Shown here piece by piece: positions 10,249 through 25,385 of a DNA stretch of 64,000 nt. The translations under genes were made by a program, and so were the position numbers. The DNA comes from the human T2T-CHM13v2.0 reference genome, Homo sapiens. The stretch's first letter is position 1. Every line of letters starts with the position of its first letter. Below the pieces are notes generated by a model. The model was not told the origin of the DNA. It ran no database searches and worked only from the letters and a program-made list of their open reading frames with translations. The stretch lies in NCBI RefSeq assembly GCF_009914755.1, contig NC_060944.1; one strand, written 5' to 3'.

Positions 10249-12465
10249 CTCTAACCAACCCTAGATCCACTCACTTCCAGACTTGTAGGGAAAACCATCA
10301 GTGTCCTCATGAGATAAGACATCATTATTTTCTATTATTTGCCAGTATAAGTATTCTGGGTACAGTTGATTCCATCGTTGCTTCTCAACAAAAATGAAAA
10401 CCCACCAATGTATACCAAGCACCGTGCTAAGCCCGTTCCATGCATCGCTCCTCGCTGGAATCTCCCAAGGTAGAACTGTGACCCCACATTTACAAAGGAG
10501 GAAAGCAAGGTCACAGGCGCAAAGTCACCTACCGGGGACCCAATGCTAGGGAGTACAGAGATGGAGTCCACACCCTGGCCCAGCCGACTGGAGCCTGTGA
10601 GCTCGACCCCTGCACCATCTGCCAATGAGTCCAGGCGATGGCAGGGAAAAGGATCCCCCAAAATTCAGAGAGACTGCCCAGGCATAGATGTAGGTGACTT
10701 ACGGGGACCCCAAAGGTAGGAGGGATTCACTGAGGCATAGAGGGAAAGGCCTTCTAAAAGGAGCCTGGTGGAGATAGGACTCAGAGTGAGCTGAGGACAG
10801 GGCCCAGCCGTGCATCCTGGCACCGCTGGCAAACCCCAGACGACTTGAGCAAAATCGGCATGGCCAGCCCGAGGAACCCAGCGAACTCTGCGGAAAGACC
10901 CTGGAGAGCAGGCAGGGAGCACAGTGAGGCCCCTTGGTAAAGGAGGGGATGCAGCCCACCCACGCCGCACAGGGGTGGCATCTCGGTTTCCTTGTGGCTT
11001 TTTTGTTTTCCAGGCCCAGGGCTACAGGCTACCCTTCCAAGACCCACAGCACAAGAATGTTTCTCATTAATTGTGAAAAACACATTCACTCCAGCCATTT
11101 CTCTGGGTGGACCAAGGCCCAAGTGACAAGTGAGAACTTAGTTAACACTTGTGACATCTGCCTGGCCCCAATTACCCAATTCCGCCCTCCCCATTCCTGC
11201 CGTCCCAGCCCTGGAAGGACCGATCCCCGCCACTGGGTCATCAGGCTTTCTCTTTTCTCTCCCTCTCCGGCTTCTGGACAAACAGGATGTGAAGCAATCG
11301 CATGGAGCGAAGGCACCTTGGAGCCAGCTGCGCCGTGGGCGGCATCGCTCACCAGCCTTGGCTTTGTGGGGCTTAGTTTCCACAGCCGCCGCAGGCGAGT
11401 GGCTCACCTCCTGGCTCCTTCCTCAGCTGCCACAGCTGAGTGTCACACTTGGACAGCACATGCCCTTCAATCCTTTAAATGCTCTGCAATCCCATCCAAT
11501 TCAATCTGGAGTGAGCATGAAGTAAGACACGTGCTCTCGTGTGTCACAGGAGAGACGCTCAGGGCTCTCTGCATGCAGATAGCCAAAATGCACATGCTCC
11601 TGACCCCCAGCAGACTTACTTCAGGAAACAAAGATGGGGTGCAGGAGGGAGAGAGGTGCCCTATGACCTTGGAGCTCAGGGTATGGACAGCCAGCGCTTA
11701 CTGGAGCTGGAGAAAAGGGTCCCCAACGAGGGAGTATAACATGAGGCAGACAAGGGCTCCCCGATCATCTTCTTGGATCTGAGAGGCAGGGCTGATTGAC
11801 ATGGCCCTCCTGAGTCGCGAGTGATTTCTTCTGCAAACAAGGAAGAGGAGGGAGACACCATGAACCAGGACAAAAGGCTGCAGTCCCTTTCTTGGGACAA
11901 ATGACCTGGTGCTTCCATGTCTGCAAGGACGACAGTCTCCCCAGCCCAAACCAGTCTTCATCTCTCTGCAGCAGGCTTTGCGGGTAGAAGACGGCACAAG
12001 GAAAATGGGCGTATTGATTTGTAGAGCAGCAGGAAGCCCTTCTGAACCATACTCAGAGCCTCAGACCTCATCTGCATGGCTTCACCCCTACCCTTCAGTA
12101 CATGGTCTCTCGTTCCTGGTCGGCCTCCTCCTAGAAGAATGTGAGCAACACAACAGCCAAATCTTCATTTTGTTCAAGGCTGTGCCCCTGCTGCTTCGAA
12201 CAGTCCTTGCCTCATTGTAGGGGCACAACAGTCCTTGGCTCATTGTTTGTTGAGTGAATAACTGTGCTTCCAACATAGGTGGAGAGGCTATTTGCTGTAG
12301 GAAACTTGTTCTAACAACCAGATGCGGGGGTGGGGGAAGACCATCATTCATCATTCACTCCCCATGCTGGGATGCAGGGCCCACGAAAACACTATAATGT
12401 CTCTTAAAATCGGAAGATAAAACATGAACTTTTAGTGTCTAAGAAAGTTTTGGTTTTTAATTCAA

Positions 12466-12567
12466 AGCTGGGCACCTGCAATTCCAGCTACTCAGGAGGC
12501 TGAGGCTAGAGGATCGCTTGAGCCTGGACAGCCTGGGCAACGTAGCAAGACCCCATCTCAAAAATAA
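12466..12567 (+). mobile_element. Partial old Alu monomer (FLAM/AluJ-like)
   Basis: ccagctactcaggaggctgaggctagaggatcgcttgagcc...cagcctgggcaacgtagcaagaccccatctcaaaa. Confidence 0.8.
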
Positions 12568-12645
12568 TCTTAATTTTTAATTCACCCAGAATTATAATAT
12601 TCATCTTGATATCAACATGGCCATAAAACATACTTTTTAATTTAA

Positions 12646-12936
<291 letters not shown>

Positions 12937-13787
12937 CTAATTTTTTTTTTTTTTGTAATGGAGGGAGGAGCCCATAGAAGTCAAGGGCAGCCCTGGTCAC
13001 TTCTGCAAAGGGGGCTCCCACAGTGAGTCCTGCAAGAAGCCTACTGTCTTCTGAGTGCTTTTTAGAAACACTTTCCTTCCCAGGTGAAAAGCCAGGTAAG
13101 ACCTAACATGTTAGAGGGTCCTGGGGTCTCTACCTCCGGATGGCCAGGCTGGGTCCCCTGCAGGGGCTCATCTGCCCCTCCAAACCCCATCCTGAGGCTG
13201 CAGCCTGGTGAACACATTCCTTGGAAGATTTTCCAGCAAAGAGGAAGGGAGTTGGAGTCACAATCCTCTGGCCAAAGCCCAGATCTACACCTGGGAGTCA
13301 TGAGAAAGTTCCCCAGCCTTCTCAGCTTCTATTTCCTCATCTATAAAATGTTGGTGATATCAACTGTGCTACCTGGGCAGGATTATTGAGAGAACTAAAT
13401 AAATCAACAATTAGAACTTCTAACATTCATGAGCACAGACAGGGTGCTGGGCCCAGGATTCAGCATGTTCTGAGAACTCACTTTCTTCTTCCAGCCGCCT
13501 ACAGAATCCGTGATGGTATTATGTTCATGGAACAGACAAAGGAACAAGACCCCAAGAAGTTGGAGTAGCTGCTGAGACCACACAAAGGTGACTGAGGAGC
13601 TGTGCTATGACAGGGGCAGGGGTGCCAGAGTATGAGTGTGCAGGGGTTGCTAGTCCATCCTGCTTCTAAAAGCTGCACCCACACTGGAAGCTCAGGGCCT
13701 GGCTTGTAGGGAGGGTTCCCCTGCCTTAAGGCCACAAGGTGGGAGGAGCCCCGAGCTGCAGGATTCCCTCCACTCAAAGGTGCCTTG

Positions 13788-14001
13788 CCTCTCCTCTCCT
13801 CTCCCCTCCTCTCCTCTCGGTCTCCTCTCCCCCTTCTCTCCTCTTGCTCTCCTCTCCTCTCCCCTCCTCTCCTCTCGCTCTCCTCTCCCCCTCCTCTCTA
13901 TCCTCTCCTCTCGCTCTCCTCTCCCCCTCCTCTCTATCCTCTCCTCTCACTCTCCTCTCCCCTCCTCTCCTCTCGCTCTCCTCTCTATCCTCTCCTTTCT
14001 C
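13788..14001. repeat. CT-rich polypyrimidine low-complexity tract with internal repeats
   Basis: Directly visible (ctctcctctc)n-like run. Confidence 0.95.
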
Positions 14002-16369
14002 ACAGGGCTCTGGGCAGTGCTAGATTCACCCCGGGTCTCTGACACCAGCATCCAGCATGGGCTGTAGGACACAGCCAGTCCATGGGTGGGAAGCACAGCC
14101 TGGGGGCTGGAACAAGTGGAGAGGCTGCCTCTCCTCTCTTCTGTATTAAGGGAAAGACAAACAGACTCCAGCCCTCATTCCTGTAGCACCAGCCCATCCC
14201 CAGGGAGATGAGACCAGGCTCCCCGCTCGGCCTCCTCCTGATGAGCTGCAGGTGCCTGGGAGTTTATAGGCTTCTCCCCGCGAGGGCACGCTGGCCTGGA
14301 GCAGAGCCCCAGCTGCGGCTGCTCCGCATGGTGACTCACAGGAGGGCCCAGCTGGGAGGAAGAGGGAAAAGACGCACGCTTCCTGGGTGGTCTCAGAAGG
14401 GCACCTCCGCACTTTGACCTCGAGACCCCCCACCACCCGTGGCCAGATGGGAGGGAAGGAGGACGCCATCTGGGCTTTGGAGTTTTGGAGACCACTGGCA
14501 GGCAGGGGCTCATGTGGGGTTAAACACCAGCCTTCTGAAAGAAGGTCTGCGATGGCTGCGCCCCGCTAGAATGGAAACACGCTGGCCCAAATTACTATCC
14601 TCCACATGCCCATTGTGTGCATGAGAAAAGCAAGGCCCCAGGAGGTGTCCGGGCTCCAAATTCCAGCAGCTGCTGGGGGCTCCTCTCCACCCACGCACAG
14701 TGTAACTGCCTAGTGGTTGCAAGGTTCAGGTGACCCTGTCTCTACCCCTTCTGGATGATGACATGGGCGCTGCTGCCTGGGCACCTGTCTTCTCTGGGTG
14801 CTGGTGCAGGCAGGATATCCTCTGAGTTAATATCAGTAAGAGGTCCCCAGGGTAGGGACCAGGGTCTCTGCAGCCAGCTCGGGGCCAGGCACAAAGCAGG
14901 TGTGCACTGATTTGTCGGATGCACACTGCCTCCCACAGGCCCTGCTGCCCTTCCCCGTGCAGGATCTGGCAGGGGAGGGTTGAGACCCAGAACCCGAGGG
15001 GTACCTGTCAGCCCAGGCACCATCTCGTAAACAGGCTGCCCTAGGCACCGTGCACGACTTTGCCAGAGTGTTGTCACTGGGCCAGGCCTCAAGTTACCCA
15101 AGTCTTATTTTAGAAGGTGGCTAAGGAATAAAAAGCTACATACTGGGTGCAGCGTGCACTACTTGGCTGACAGGAGCACTAGAATCTCAGACTTTATGAT
15201 TTGCCCACGGAAACAAAACCACATGTACCCCTAAAGCTACTGGGGAAAAGGGGCATATTCCTGGGCGCATCCTCTGAGATCCCCCACGGTGGGTCTGAAA
15301 TGGAGCTCAGGCACCTGCATGTGCAGTTTGCCCCCTAGGGTGACCCTGAAGGACGCCAGGCTTGAGATCCTCCACGGTAGGGAAAACAAAGCATTTTCAC
15401 AGCCATGATGTCTCGAAAATCCCGGACTCACTTGCTCTTTAGCTCACCCCCAAGAGGTCCAAAACTCCACACAGCCAACTGGCCATTATACACTTTGCCC
15501 CTCCCTGACAATCCAAGTGGGTGATCCTCCCCCGACTTGGGCAACCACACAAAACTCACTGCCTGGGCGCGCACAGCACCTGGACAAGCCAAGTCACTGG
15601 GCGGTGGCACCACACCCGGCCCCCAGGGCCCTGCCCAGGAGGAGCAAAGATGGTGTCCCGGAGTCAGAGGGGGACAGGGACACAGCATCTAATCCTTGAT
15701 CTGACTCTAGATAGCAACCTGCAGCCACTAGGCTGCAAGGAATGGAGAGGGTCTCAGGTGGGCTCTGAAATATGGAGCCCCGGCGGGTTCTCAGGAGCCT
15801 CCATTTCCTGCCTGCACCACGGGGATGTGAGCCACAGCATCTACCTTGCTGGGTAATTGTGAGGATCACAAGAGACAGTGGTGCTTCGTAGCAACCACAC
15901 ACTGAGCAATTAAACTCTTCACTTGCATGAGCTCATCTAATCCCTCACAACCGCCCTTGGAGATGGAAACTATTATTAACCCCATTTTCCAGATGAGACA
16001 CATTAAGTGACTCACCCTAGGTCACAAGGCCGGAAATAGCAGGGCTAGGATTTGAACCTGGGGAGCCTGGCTCGGGAGCCCGAGCTCTAACCATCAGGCA
16101 GCACTGCCTCCACCAATGCTGAGCCTTTCTCCATAACCTGGACAATGGGGGAGTAGGTGCTGGAGGTGAAAGGGGCAAAAGGACTCTGACTGTGTCTGGG
16201 GGGAATGATGAGGGCAGGACTGGTAGTAAGAGGAGCTGGCCACAGGGCTGGCGTCAATTAAGACAAAATCACCTGAGCCAGCAGAACAGGCAAGACAGAG
16301 AAGAACAGAACCCACTGGGGCCCAGTTGGAAGGTTTCCCCAACATCTACAAGTCCACAGAAATGTGTTA

Positions 16370-16575
<206 letters not shown>

Positions 16576-17689
16576 CTAGAGCTACACTCAAACGAAAAAC
16601 GACCTACACGCCAAGGTTTCCCACTGAAGCCCTGTTTGTGAGACCAAAAGACTAGAAAACACCTAGGCATCCATCCCAGGAGAGCTGGGTACGTCAGTTT
16701 TGGTGATCATGATGACGAGGATGATGACTGCTCTCCTTTACATGTGTATTACAGTTAGGTCCTGTTCTAAGCCTCATTACTCAAAGCACGGTCCAGGGAC
16801 CAGCAGCTTCTGTCACCTGGTGGCTGTCTGAGAACACAGACTCCTCTGCCCCAGGCCAGCTGAGTCAGAATCTGCATTTTACCAAGATGCCTGGGAAAAT
16901 CCTACGTACATTAAGGCACTATTTTTAAAAACTCTTCCCATAATAACCCATTACATCTTGTAACAACCCAATGGCCCAAATCCTCTCATCACCTGCATGC
17001 TGGATGAGAAAGCCCAGGCTCTGACAGGTTAGGGAAATTGTCCAACGTCACACAGTGTGTGGGTGGCAGAGCTACATGGACACAAAACACATGGAACAAG
17101 GAAGCTCTTTAACGGCTGACAGGACCAATCTCCGAGATAAGTCAGCTGGAGAACACTGTATATGCCAGGCCACCATTTATGGGAGAGGGGAAAAACAGAA
17201 AGCCGAATCTCCATGTAATTGCTGAAATACCCAGAGAGCATCTCTGAAAAGACAGAAACAGCAGTTGTCCCTGGGAAGTGGAACTCAGCAGCTGGAGAAG
17301 AAAGTGGGAGGGAAACTATTTAGTGTTACACATGTATTGTTCATAGCTCCAAAGGCAAACATTGTGAAGGTGTTTATTCAAAAATAAATGAAAAAATTGT
17401 TTTGTTCATAAAACTGGTGGAAGGAAGAAGCTACACAGCTGGAAACCATCACCACTGAATTTTAAGCAAAGTCAAGCTACAAGATATCATTTCTTATCTG
17501 TTTGGGGTGGGGAAAAATTAGCATAGAGAAGTCCATTCCCACTTCTCCACTCACCATCCTTCCTTCTTCCCTTCTCAAAGGAGGCAGAACTGTAGTGGGA
17601 ATGAGAAGTGTTGGGGAGGGCAGACTCACAATGGATTCTCCAGGAACTGGAGAGTCAGACGCACATTCAGGTTCTAATGTGGAAGGGAC

Positions 17690-17845
17690 CAATGCCTTGC
17701 ACAAGGGCAATTTTGTCCCACAGGGCACAATCTGGCGATGTCTGGAGACATTTTTCGGTGTCACAACTGGGAGATGCTACTAGCATCTAGTGAGTAAGAG
17801 ACCGGGGACGCTGCTAAACACCCTGCCGTGCACGGAACAGTCCAG
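17690..17845 (+). mobile_element. MER20 fragment
   Basis: gggcaattttgtcccacaggg...gatgtctggagacatttttcggtgtcacaactggg...gctgctaaaca. Confidence 0.85.
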
Positions 17846-18211
17846 AATGTCCTGTGTCCTGTGGTGTCACCTTGGGGCTCTAGTTAAAGTGCAGGTTCTG
17901 ATGCAGCAGGTCTGGGGTGGGCCCAGGATTCTGCATTTCTCATAAGAGGGCTGCCCTCACCCCTGCTGATATGGGACCACCCTTTGTGTAATGAAGCCTT
18001 ACCCAATTCTGCTATGACCAAACATGTAATCTTCTTGTGAAAAGAGGGGAAGGGGCTGCTTCTGGTTTGGATCAAAAGGCTGAACATGGAGTACTGGTTG
18101 GGAGGGGCGGGGAAGCCTGTTTGTAGTGAAGCAAGCATGAGCACTGCTGAGACCCTCCTGAAGTCCAGGAGCACAGGCTGCATTAGGACTGGCAGTGGCC
18201 GGGGGACTCAC

Positions 18212-18360
18212 CATCCAGCGTCTCCACCGAGAGCTGCAGGCCCAGGTTGTGCCGCGGATTGACCACCCAGTGGTTGCTGGTGGCTGTGATGTCAAACACC
18301 AGCCAGCCCTCCTCCGAGGCCCAGAGGGTACGGCTGTCGAGCAGGAAGAGATCCGATTCC
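18212..18360 (-). CDS. BMP7: BMP7 coding exon 3 (149 bp, prodomain): (R)[49 protein letters not shown](G)
   Basis: Translation lies within ORF 18183..18383 and has the GWLVFDIT prodomain motif. Acceptor tctctcgcAG (18362-18361), donor ATG|GTGAGT (18211-18210), branch point GGCTAAC with the A at 18394. Exon 2 terminal AG plus exon 3 first G gives AGG (Arg), so the join is in frame. Confidence 0.98.
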
Positions 18361-19075
18361 CTGCGAGAGAGGAGGAGAGACACGGGCTTCGCGTTAGCCA
18401 GGTCACAGCTCCACTACCCCAACAGATGGGAAGCAGAGCCTCATGGGGTGGGAGGGGAGGGAAAGAGTCCACTGGTCCCCGACAAGTGGGAACATCAGAC
18501 CAAGATCCAGGCACAAAGACCCCTCAGTAGCTGTGGTGAGGAAAGAGAGTGCAGAAGAGCTACAAAGAGATACACGCAGGGAAAAGGCAGCTGTTACAAG
18601 GCAATCTCACCCCATAAATTGTTAAGGGCATCCCAGCGGGACAGAGTATAGGAAGACAGGGATTATGCAGCCTCCGTGTTGCTGGAAGAGTCTCAGAGAG
18701 CAGAAGTTGATAGTGACTGAACTATTCACCATGTGCCAGATACTGTCCCACGGGCTCAACACTACACTATCTCATTCAATTCCCACAACCCGAAGCTGTG
18801 GGAATATCATTTCCACTCAATTTATGGTAAAGCCATGATTTGCCCAAGGTCCAAGGTCATTTAACCAGGAAGTTGCCAAGCTGGGGTTTCAGCCCATTTA
18901 CCTGTGTACCAGAGCAGATACTCTTCATTTCCAGGACGTGCACCATCTTTATGAGCCCACCAAGAGTTAGGAGGTGAATCTCTGGACTGATGGTATTAAT
19001 AGTGAAAATCCTTTCATTCTCTCTTCCTTACTTTTTACAGTAGCAAAATGGGTAAAATCATAATTAACTTGACAG

Positions 19076-19345
19076 GGGATGGAGGGTGAATGGGTGGTTG
19101 GATGGATGGGTAGATGGGTAGGTGAGTGAATGGATGGGTACGTGGGTGAATGAGTGGATGGATGGATGGATGGTTGGATGGATAAGTGAATGGATGGGTA
19201 GATGAGTGGGTGGGTGGATGGATGGATGGATGGATGGATGAGTAGATGGGTGGGCGGGTAGGTGAATGAGTGGATGGGTAAATGGGTGGATGGATGGATG
19301 AATGGGTAGATGAGTAGATGAATAAGAGGGTAAATAAGTGGATTG
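19076..19345. repeat. Degenerate (GGAT/GGGT)n simple repeat
   Basis: Directly visible. It explains the HPSI-rich ORF 19035..19388. Confidence 0.95.
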
Positions 19346-20576
19346 TTACATTTCTGGATAGTAGAATTCTAGTATGAAAGATCTTCATAACATTTCTTGC
19401 ACACTTTTAATAAGAATTCAAAGTTTCAATACTTTGAGTCCTTTAATAGTCAACTAGAATATTTATACCTCTGTGTTGTACCAGAAACCAAGGCATAATG
19501 ATGAACAACATGACACTGGTCCCTGCCCCAGGGCAACAACAGTCTCTATCATACCTGGAGTTATCTAATCTTCCTGGTGATTATAGTGAATCTTGTCTGC
19601 TCACACGTAAAGATGTCAGGCATATCCTTTATGGAGCACTTACCATATGTCAGGCTCCAGGTTGAAATGCCTGACCAGTCTCATGTCATTTAGTTCTTAC
19701 AACACTCTGTAGGGTAGATAATATTCCCCATGCCATTGTGCAGAACTCAAAACTCAGGATCCGAAAGGTCAAGTTGTGTGCCCAGGGTTATGCCACTAGG
19801 ACAGTCCAGGCAGGACTGGAAACCAACCAGGCTACCTGCAAGCCCAAGCTTGCAACTGTACACAAAGACAGTTCTTCTGGACACTGCCTTTTCAGAGCCT
19901 TTCACCAGTCAACCTCGTTGGAATGTAACCCACTAAGCCACGTGCAGGAGCCGAGCCACTCATGTCCCCTTTGATGAGGCACACATCTCCGGTTGGCTCC
20001 AGCCCCCAGCTCTCCGTACTAACACTGCAGACAGCCACCGCTATTTATCTTCCTGTCTGACCTGGACAACTCTAGGTTTGTGAGGTCTGCTAGATCACCC
20101 TTCTGCTGCATGCCATAATATGTTAGACATTCGTCAGGCACATCAATGTGAACAAGGCTCAGAGAAGACACACGGGAAACAGACCTGTAATGTTAGCAAG
20201 TATTGGGAGATTAACAGACCCGGAGAAGCCTACACAGGGAAGAAGAACCAGGGTCAGAAACAGACAGGAACCGAGGCAGGTGCGAGGGCACAGCGCAATT
20301 TTCTCAGGCACAAGCACAGAAGGAACGAATCGGAGCTGCTTTTCCCTCTGGGCCTCTCTCCATCCAAAACTCTGGGGGACAGAATCCAGTTGGCCCAGTC
20401 AATCTATGTGCCCACTCCTAGCCATGGGAGGGTGGGCACCCCACAGCAATGGACGCATCACCAGGACCACAGATGGGCGCAGGAGTCACCTCCTCCCATG
20501 CCACCTCAAAGTCTCCTTTTTAAGTAATATTCAATGACCCCCAGAACCTGATTCAGAAAATGCTTAATTCTGTTAT

Positions 20577-20906
20577 TGCTGTGGTTTCAATGTTTTGTCC
20601 TTCCCAAGACTCATGTTGAAAATCCCCAATGCATCATTATTAAGAGGTGGGCCCTTTAGGAGGTGATTAGGCCATTGGGGATGGATTGGTGTCTTTATGA
20701 ATGGGTTTGAGGGAGAAAGTCTGGACCCTTTCTGTTTTTCCATCTTCGGCCATGTGAGGACACGGCAACGAGGTGTCATCTTGAAGCAGAGGGCAGCCTT
20801 CACCAGACACTGACCCTGCCAGCGCCTAGATCTTGGACTTCCCAGTCTCCAGGACTATAAGGAATGAGGTATTTGTTTTTTGTTTGTTTGTTTGTTTGTT
20901 TGTTTT
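20577..20906 (+). mobile_element. MST/MLT1A-like MaLR LTR ending in (GTTT)n
   Basis: tgctgtggtttcaatgt...ctcatgttgaaatccccaatg...ggccctttaggaggtgattagg...gacttcccagtctccagg. Confidence 0.75.
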
Positions 20907-22714
20907 TAAAGATTGTAAAGGACTCATTCCTCTCTCAAGCACAGAGAGATGACAGAAGCAAGGAAGTCTTTTTAGAGCCACACAGGACTTTGAAGACCCT
21001 AAGTTTACCTTTCACATCCAAACTGAATTAAAGTCATGAGATTATTTTTCATGACTCATTTACTTCTTCTTCCCCATGCTCTTTTAGAGGTAGTTTCAGG
21101 CTGGCTTCGGGGATGTCTACACAGATTTTAAACTTATAAACAAGAATTTCCTGCTGTCTTATCTCCAGTTTGCCTGGATGACTTTCCTGGCTTTGAAAAG
21201 CTACCAAGGTTGTCAATGAACCATTAGCGATTCTCAACAATTAACAGATGAGACAAGAAGCACCACTCCAAGTCGAAACAACTTCTCCTACTGAATCAGG
21301 CTCCCAAGGCCCCTGTAGGAAATATCCACACCTCAGCACAGAAGTCACAAACCCAGATGGTGATTTTGCTGGAAAATTGTTATTAGCAGGAAAATGTGAC
21401 CAGATATCTGGACAGGCCCTCGAGGACAGTAAAACAATGAATGGTAACCAAAGGAACAGAGTGAGACCTTTAAACAGAGAACGCCTCGCCAAACGATACT
21501 GAGCATTCTCTTATTGCAGGCTATGACACTGAGGCCAGATGCTACAGGCCAGCACTGACTCATCCATGAATCAACGTGAACGCGTCAACTCCCCTCCTTC
21601 AAGTCATAGTTTGCAATTTGTCCCAGGCACACTTAGGAGAGCCAAATCTTCATCAGAAGGCACTGGGAGACGGGAGCCTTGCTGAGATGGGTCGAGTGTG
21701 AGATGCTAACACGGGCTTTGCTTTCAGACTGAGAGCCCAGGCATGAGGTTGGACCTCATGGAAAGGACAAGGAAGGAATTACTCAGCAGCCAGGTCCAGT
21801 CTGACAGCTCGGAGAGGGGGAATTTCTAGCTGCCACCTTGAGCATCGTAAAAGAACACTGGTTCTTACAACCAGGAGAGCACTGAAGGAGCCCTTTGTGA
21901 CATTTTTATTTACCTTGAACACACTGGCCTCCCCGGCCCAGCCCAGGTGAGAGAAGAGGTAAGGAAGGCTCAGGGTGAAAGGCCCTGAGGAACCTAAATG
22001 CGTTCTTTCACCTTCGCCACTGCTGAGAATCTCGGTGCTTTCCACGCCTCGGTTCTCTGAATCTCCCCGCCAGCCCTATGAAATGATCAAAGTCCTGTTA
22101 CTGTTTTACAGATGAGAAAAGTTGGGGTCAGTGAAATGAAGCCAGTTGTCTCCAGGGACACACCTGATAAGTGGCAGAACCAGGCGACAGCGCAGGAAAC
22201 CTGACTCAAGAGCCTGAGCGCTTAAACCCTGCCACCTCCTTCACTCACCTGGGGATAAGAGACACATAGGAAGATGTCAAATCCTGTATGATACGTGTTG
22301 TCATCACAGCGTTGTGTGGGGCAGAGAAAATACTAGAGGGGGATGAAACCCAGGTGATGGAGAAGGGATAAGGCAAGGTTACGCCAGATAATTCCCGTGT
22401 CTTGGTTTCCTCTTATGTAAAATGAGAATAATGCCATCTTCTTCAATGATTAGGAAGAGCCAGGTTAAGACCAGCCTGGCAGCAAACTCCAAGACACTCC
22501 TGGAAGAGCATCTATACTTATTACAAGGTATGTCAGTGTTGGTGTCTATTCTCTGCTAAACTTCAGGAAATCCTAGGATGGGGACTTTACATGTCTTGGT
22601 CCCAGAGGTTATGTGACTTGCCCATGATTCTCCAGTCAACAGACCACTTGTCCATTCCAAGAATGTTTACCTTGGACTCCAAAATTTGTCAGAAAAGTGT
22701 CCTATGTTCACAGT

Positions 22715-23250
22715 AGTGTTAGATTTTCTGCAAATAACAGCCACCAACAATTCCTTGTCTCTGTATGCACATGCTGCTGTCCCATAAACTTGTGGAGTCT
22801 GTTCCCCACCTCTGAAGTCTGGACTGACCATGTGATCTGCTGTGACCAGTAGGACCCAGTGGAACTGAGGTCCTGCCAGGCTCAGGACTAGGACTCAAGA
22901 AGCCTATCATTTCTATTTTTGCCCTCTGGGAAGGAAGCCACTGAATCGAGAAATCTGACTACACTGCTGAAGGAAGAGACCACATGGAGGGGAAGGAGGC
23001 ACAGGTCATGGAGGATAAGGGTCTATAAACCAGAGAGAGAGAGAAAAACCAAGCCAGTCCCCAGTGAGGTGCCATCTCAGGCCTTCCAGACCTAGTCAAG
23101 CTCCTAGCTCCATCAGTGACTACAGCAGATACCAGAAAGAGTAGAAGAACCACCCAGCTAAGCCCTGCCTAAATTCCTGAGCAATAAAACGATGTTGTTT
23201 TAAGCCACTACATATGAGTGGTTAGTTTCAGAGACAGATAACCCAAACAA
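22715..23250 (+). mobile_element. MLT1 (F/G-like) solo LTR
   Basis: gtggagtctgttccccacctctgaagtctgg...cccagctaagccctgcctaaattcctga...gttgttttaagccact...agataacccaaaca. Confidence 0.7.
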
Positions 23251-23554
23251 CAGTCACATTGTTTATAACAGAAAAACTGAGCACTAACCATCCAGTGAGA
23301 GGGACTGGTAAAAACATTATGGCACATCCAAGGCAACAGAGCCCTGCACAGCCGCTTCAAAGGACCGTATAAATCTACACTTGTTGACAAGGTGGAAATA
23401 TGATAGGAAGGTGCTAAGAAACAGAATTTGTAGGACTGAAACTTCTGGGAAAATGCAAAATGCAAAAATTGGTGCAAAAAGAAATGAAAATTTTGATTTG
23501 CCCAAAAGAAACTGAAATAGGAAGGTCTTTCCCATCCCCATACCCCAGTTGGTG

Positions 23555-23863
<309 letters not shown>

Positions 23864-23989
23864 CCCAGTTGGTTTTATAACCACAGATTTTGCAAATTAT
23901 CAACAGATAGTTCTTTCTTATATAATTTGATCAAGAACATGGAAGAAGGAGTGTTTGAAACCCATATTGTAAAGCTAGCACGCCACTGA

Positions 23990-25385
<1,396 letters not shown>

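Noticed and set aside
10934-11782. 282-aa ORF (and similar 200-230-aa ORFs at 28393, 36660 and 40064)
   Set aside because: GC-rich intronic sequence antisense to BMP7 with no recognisable protein family and low-information composition. Such ORFs are expected by chance.
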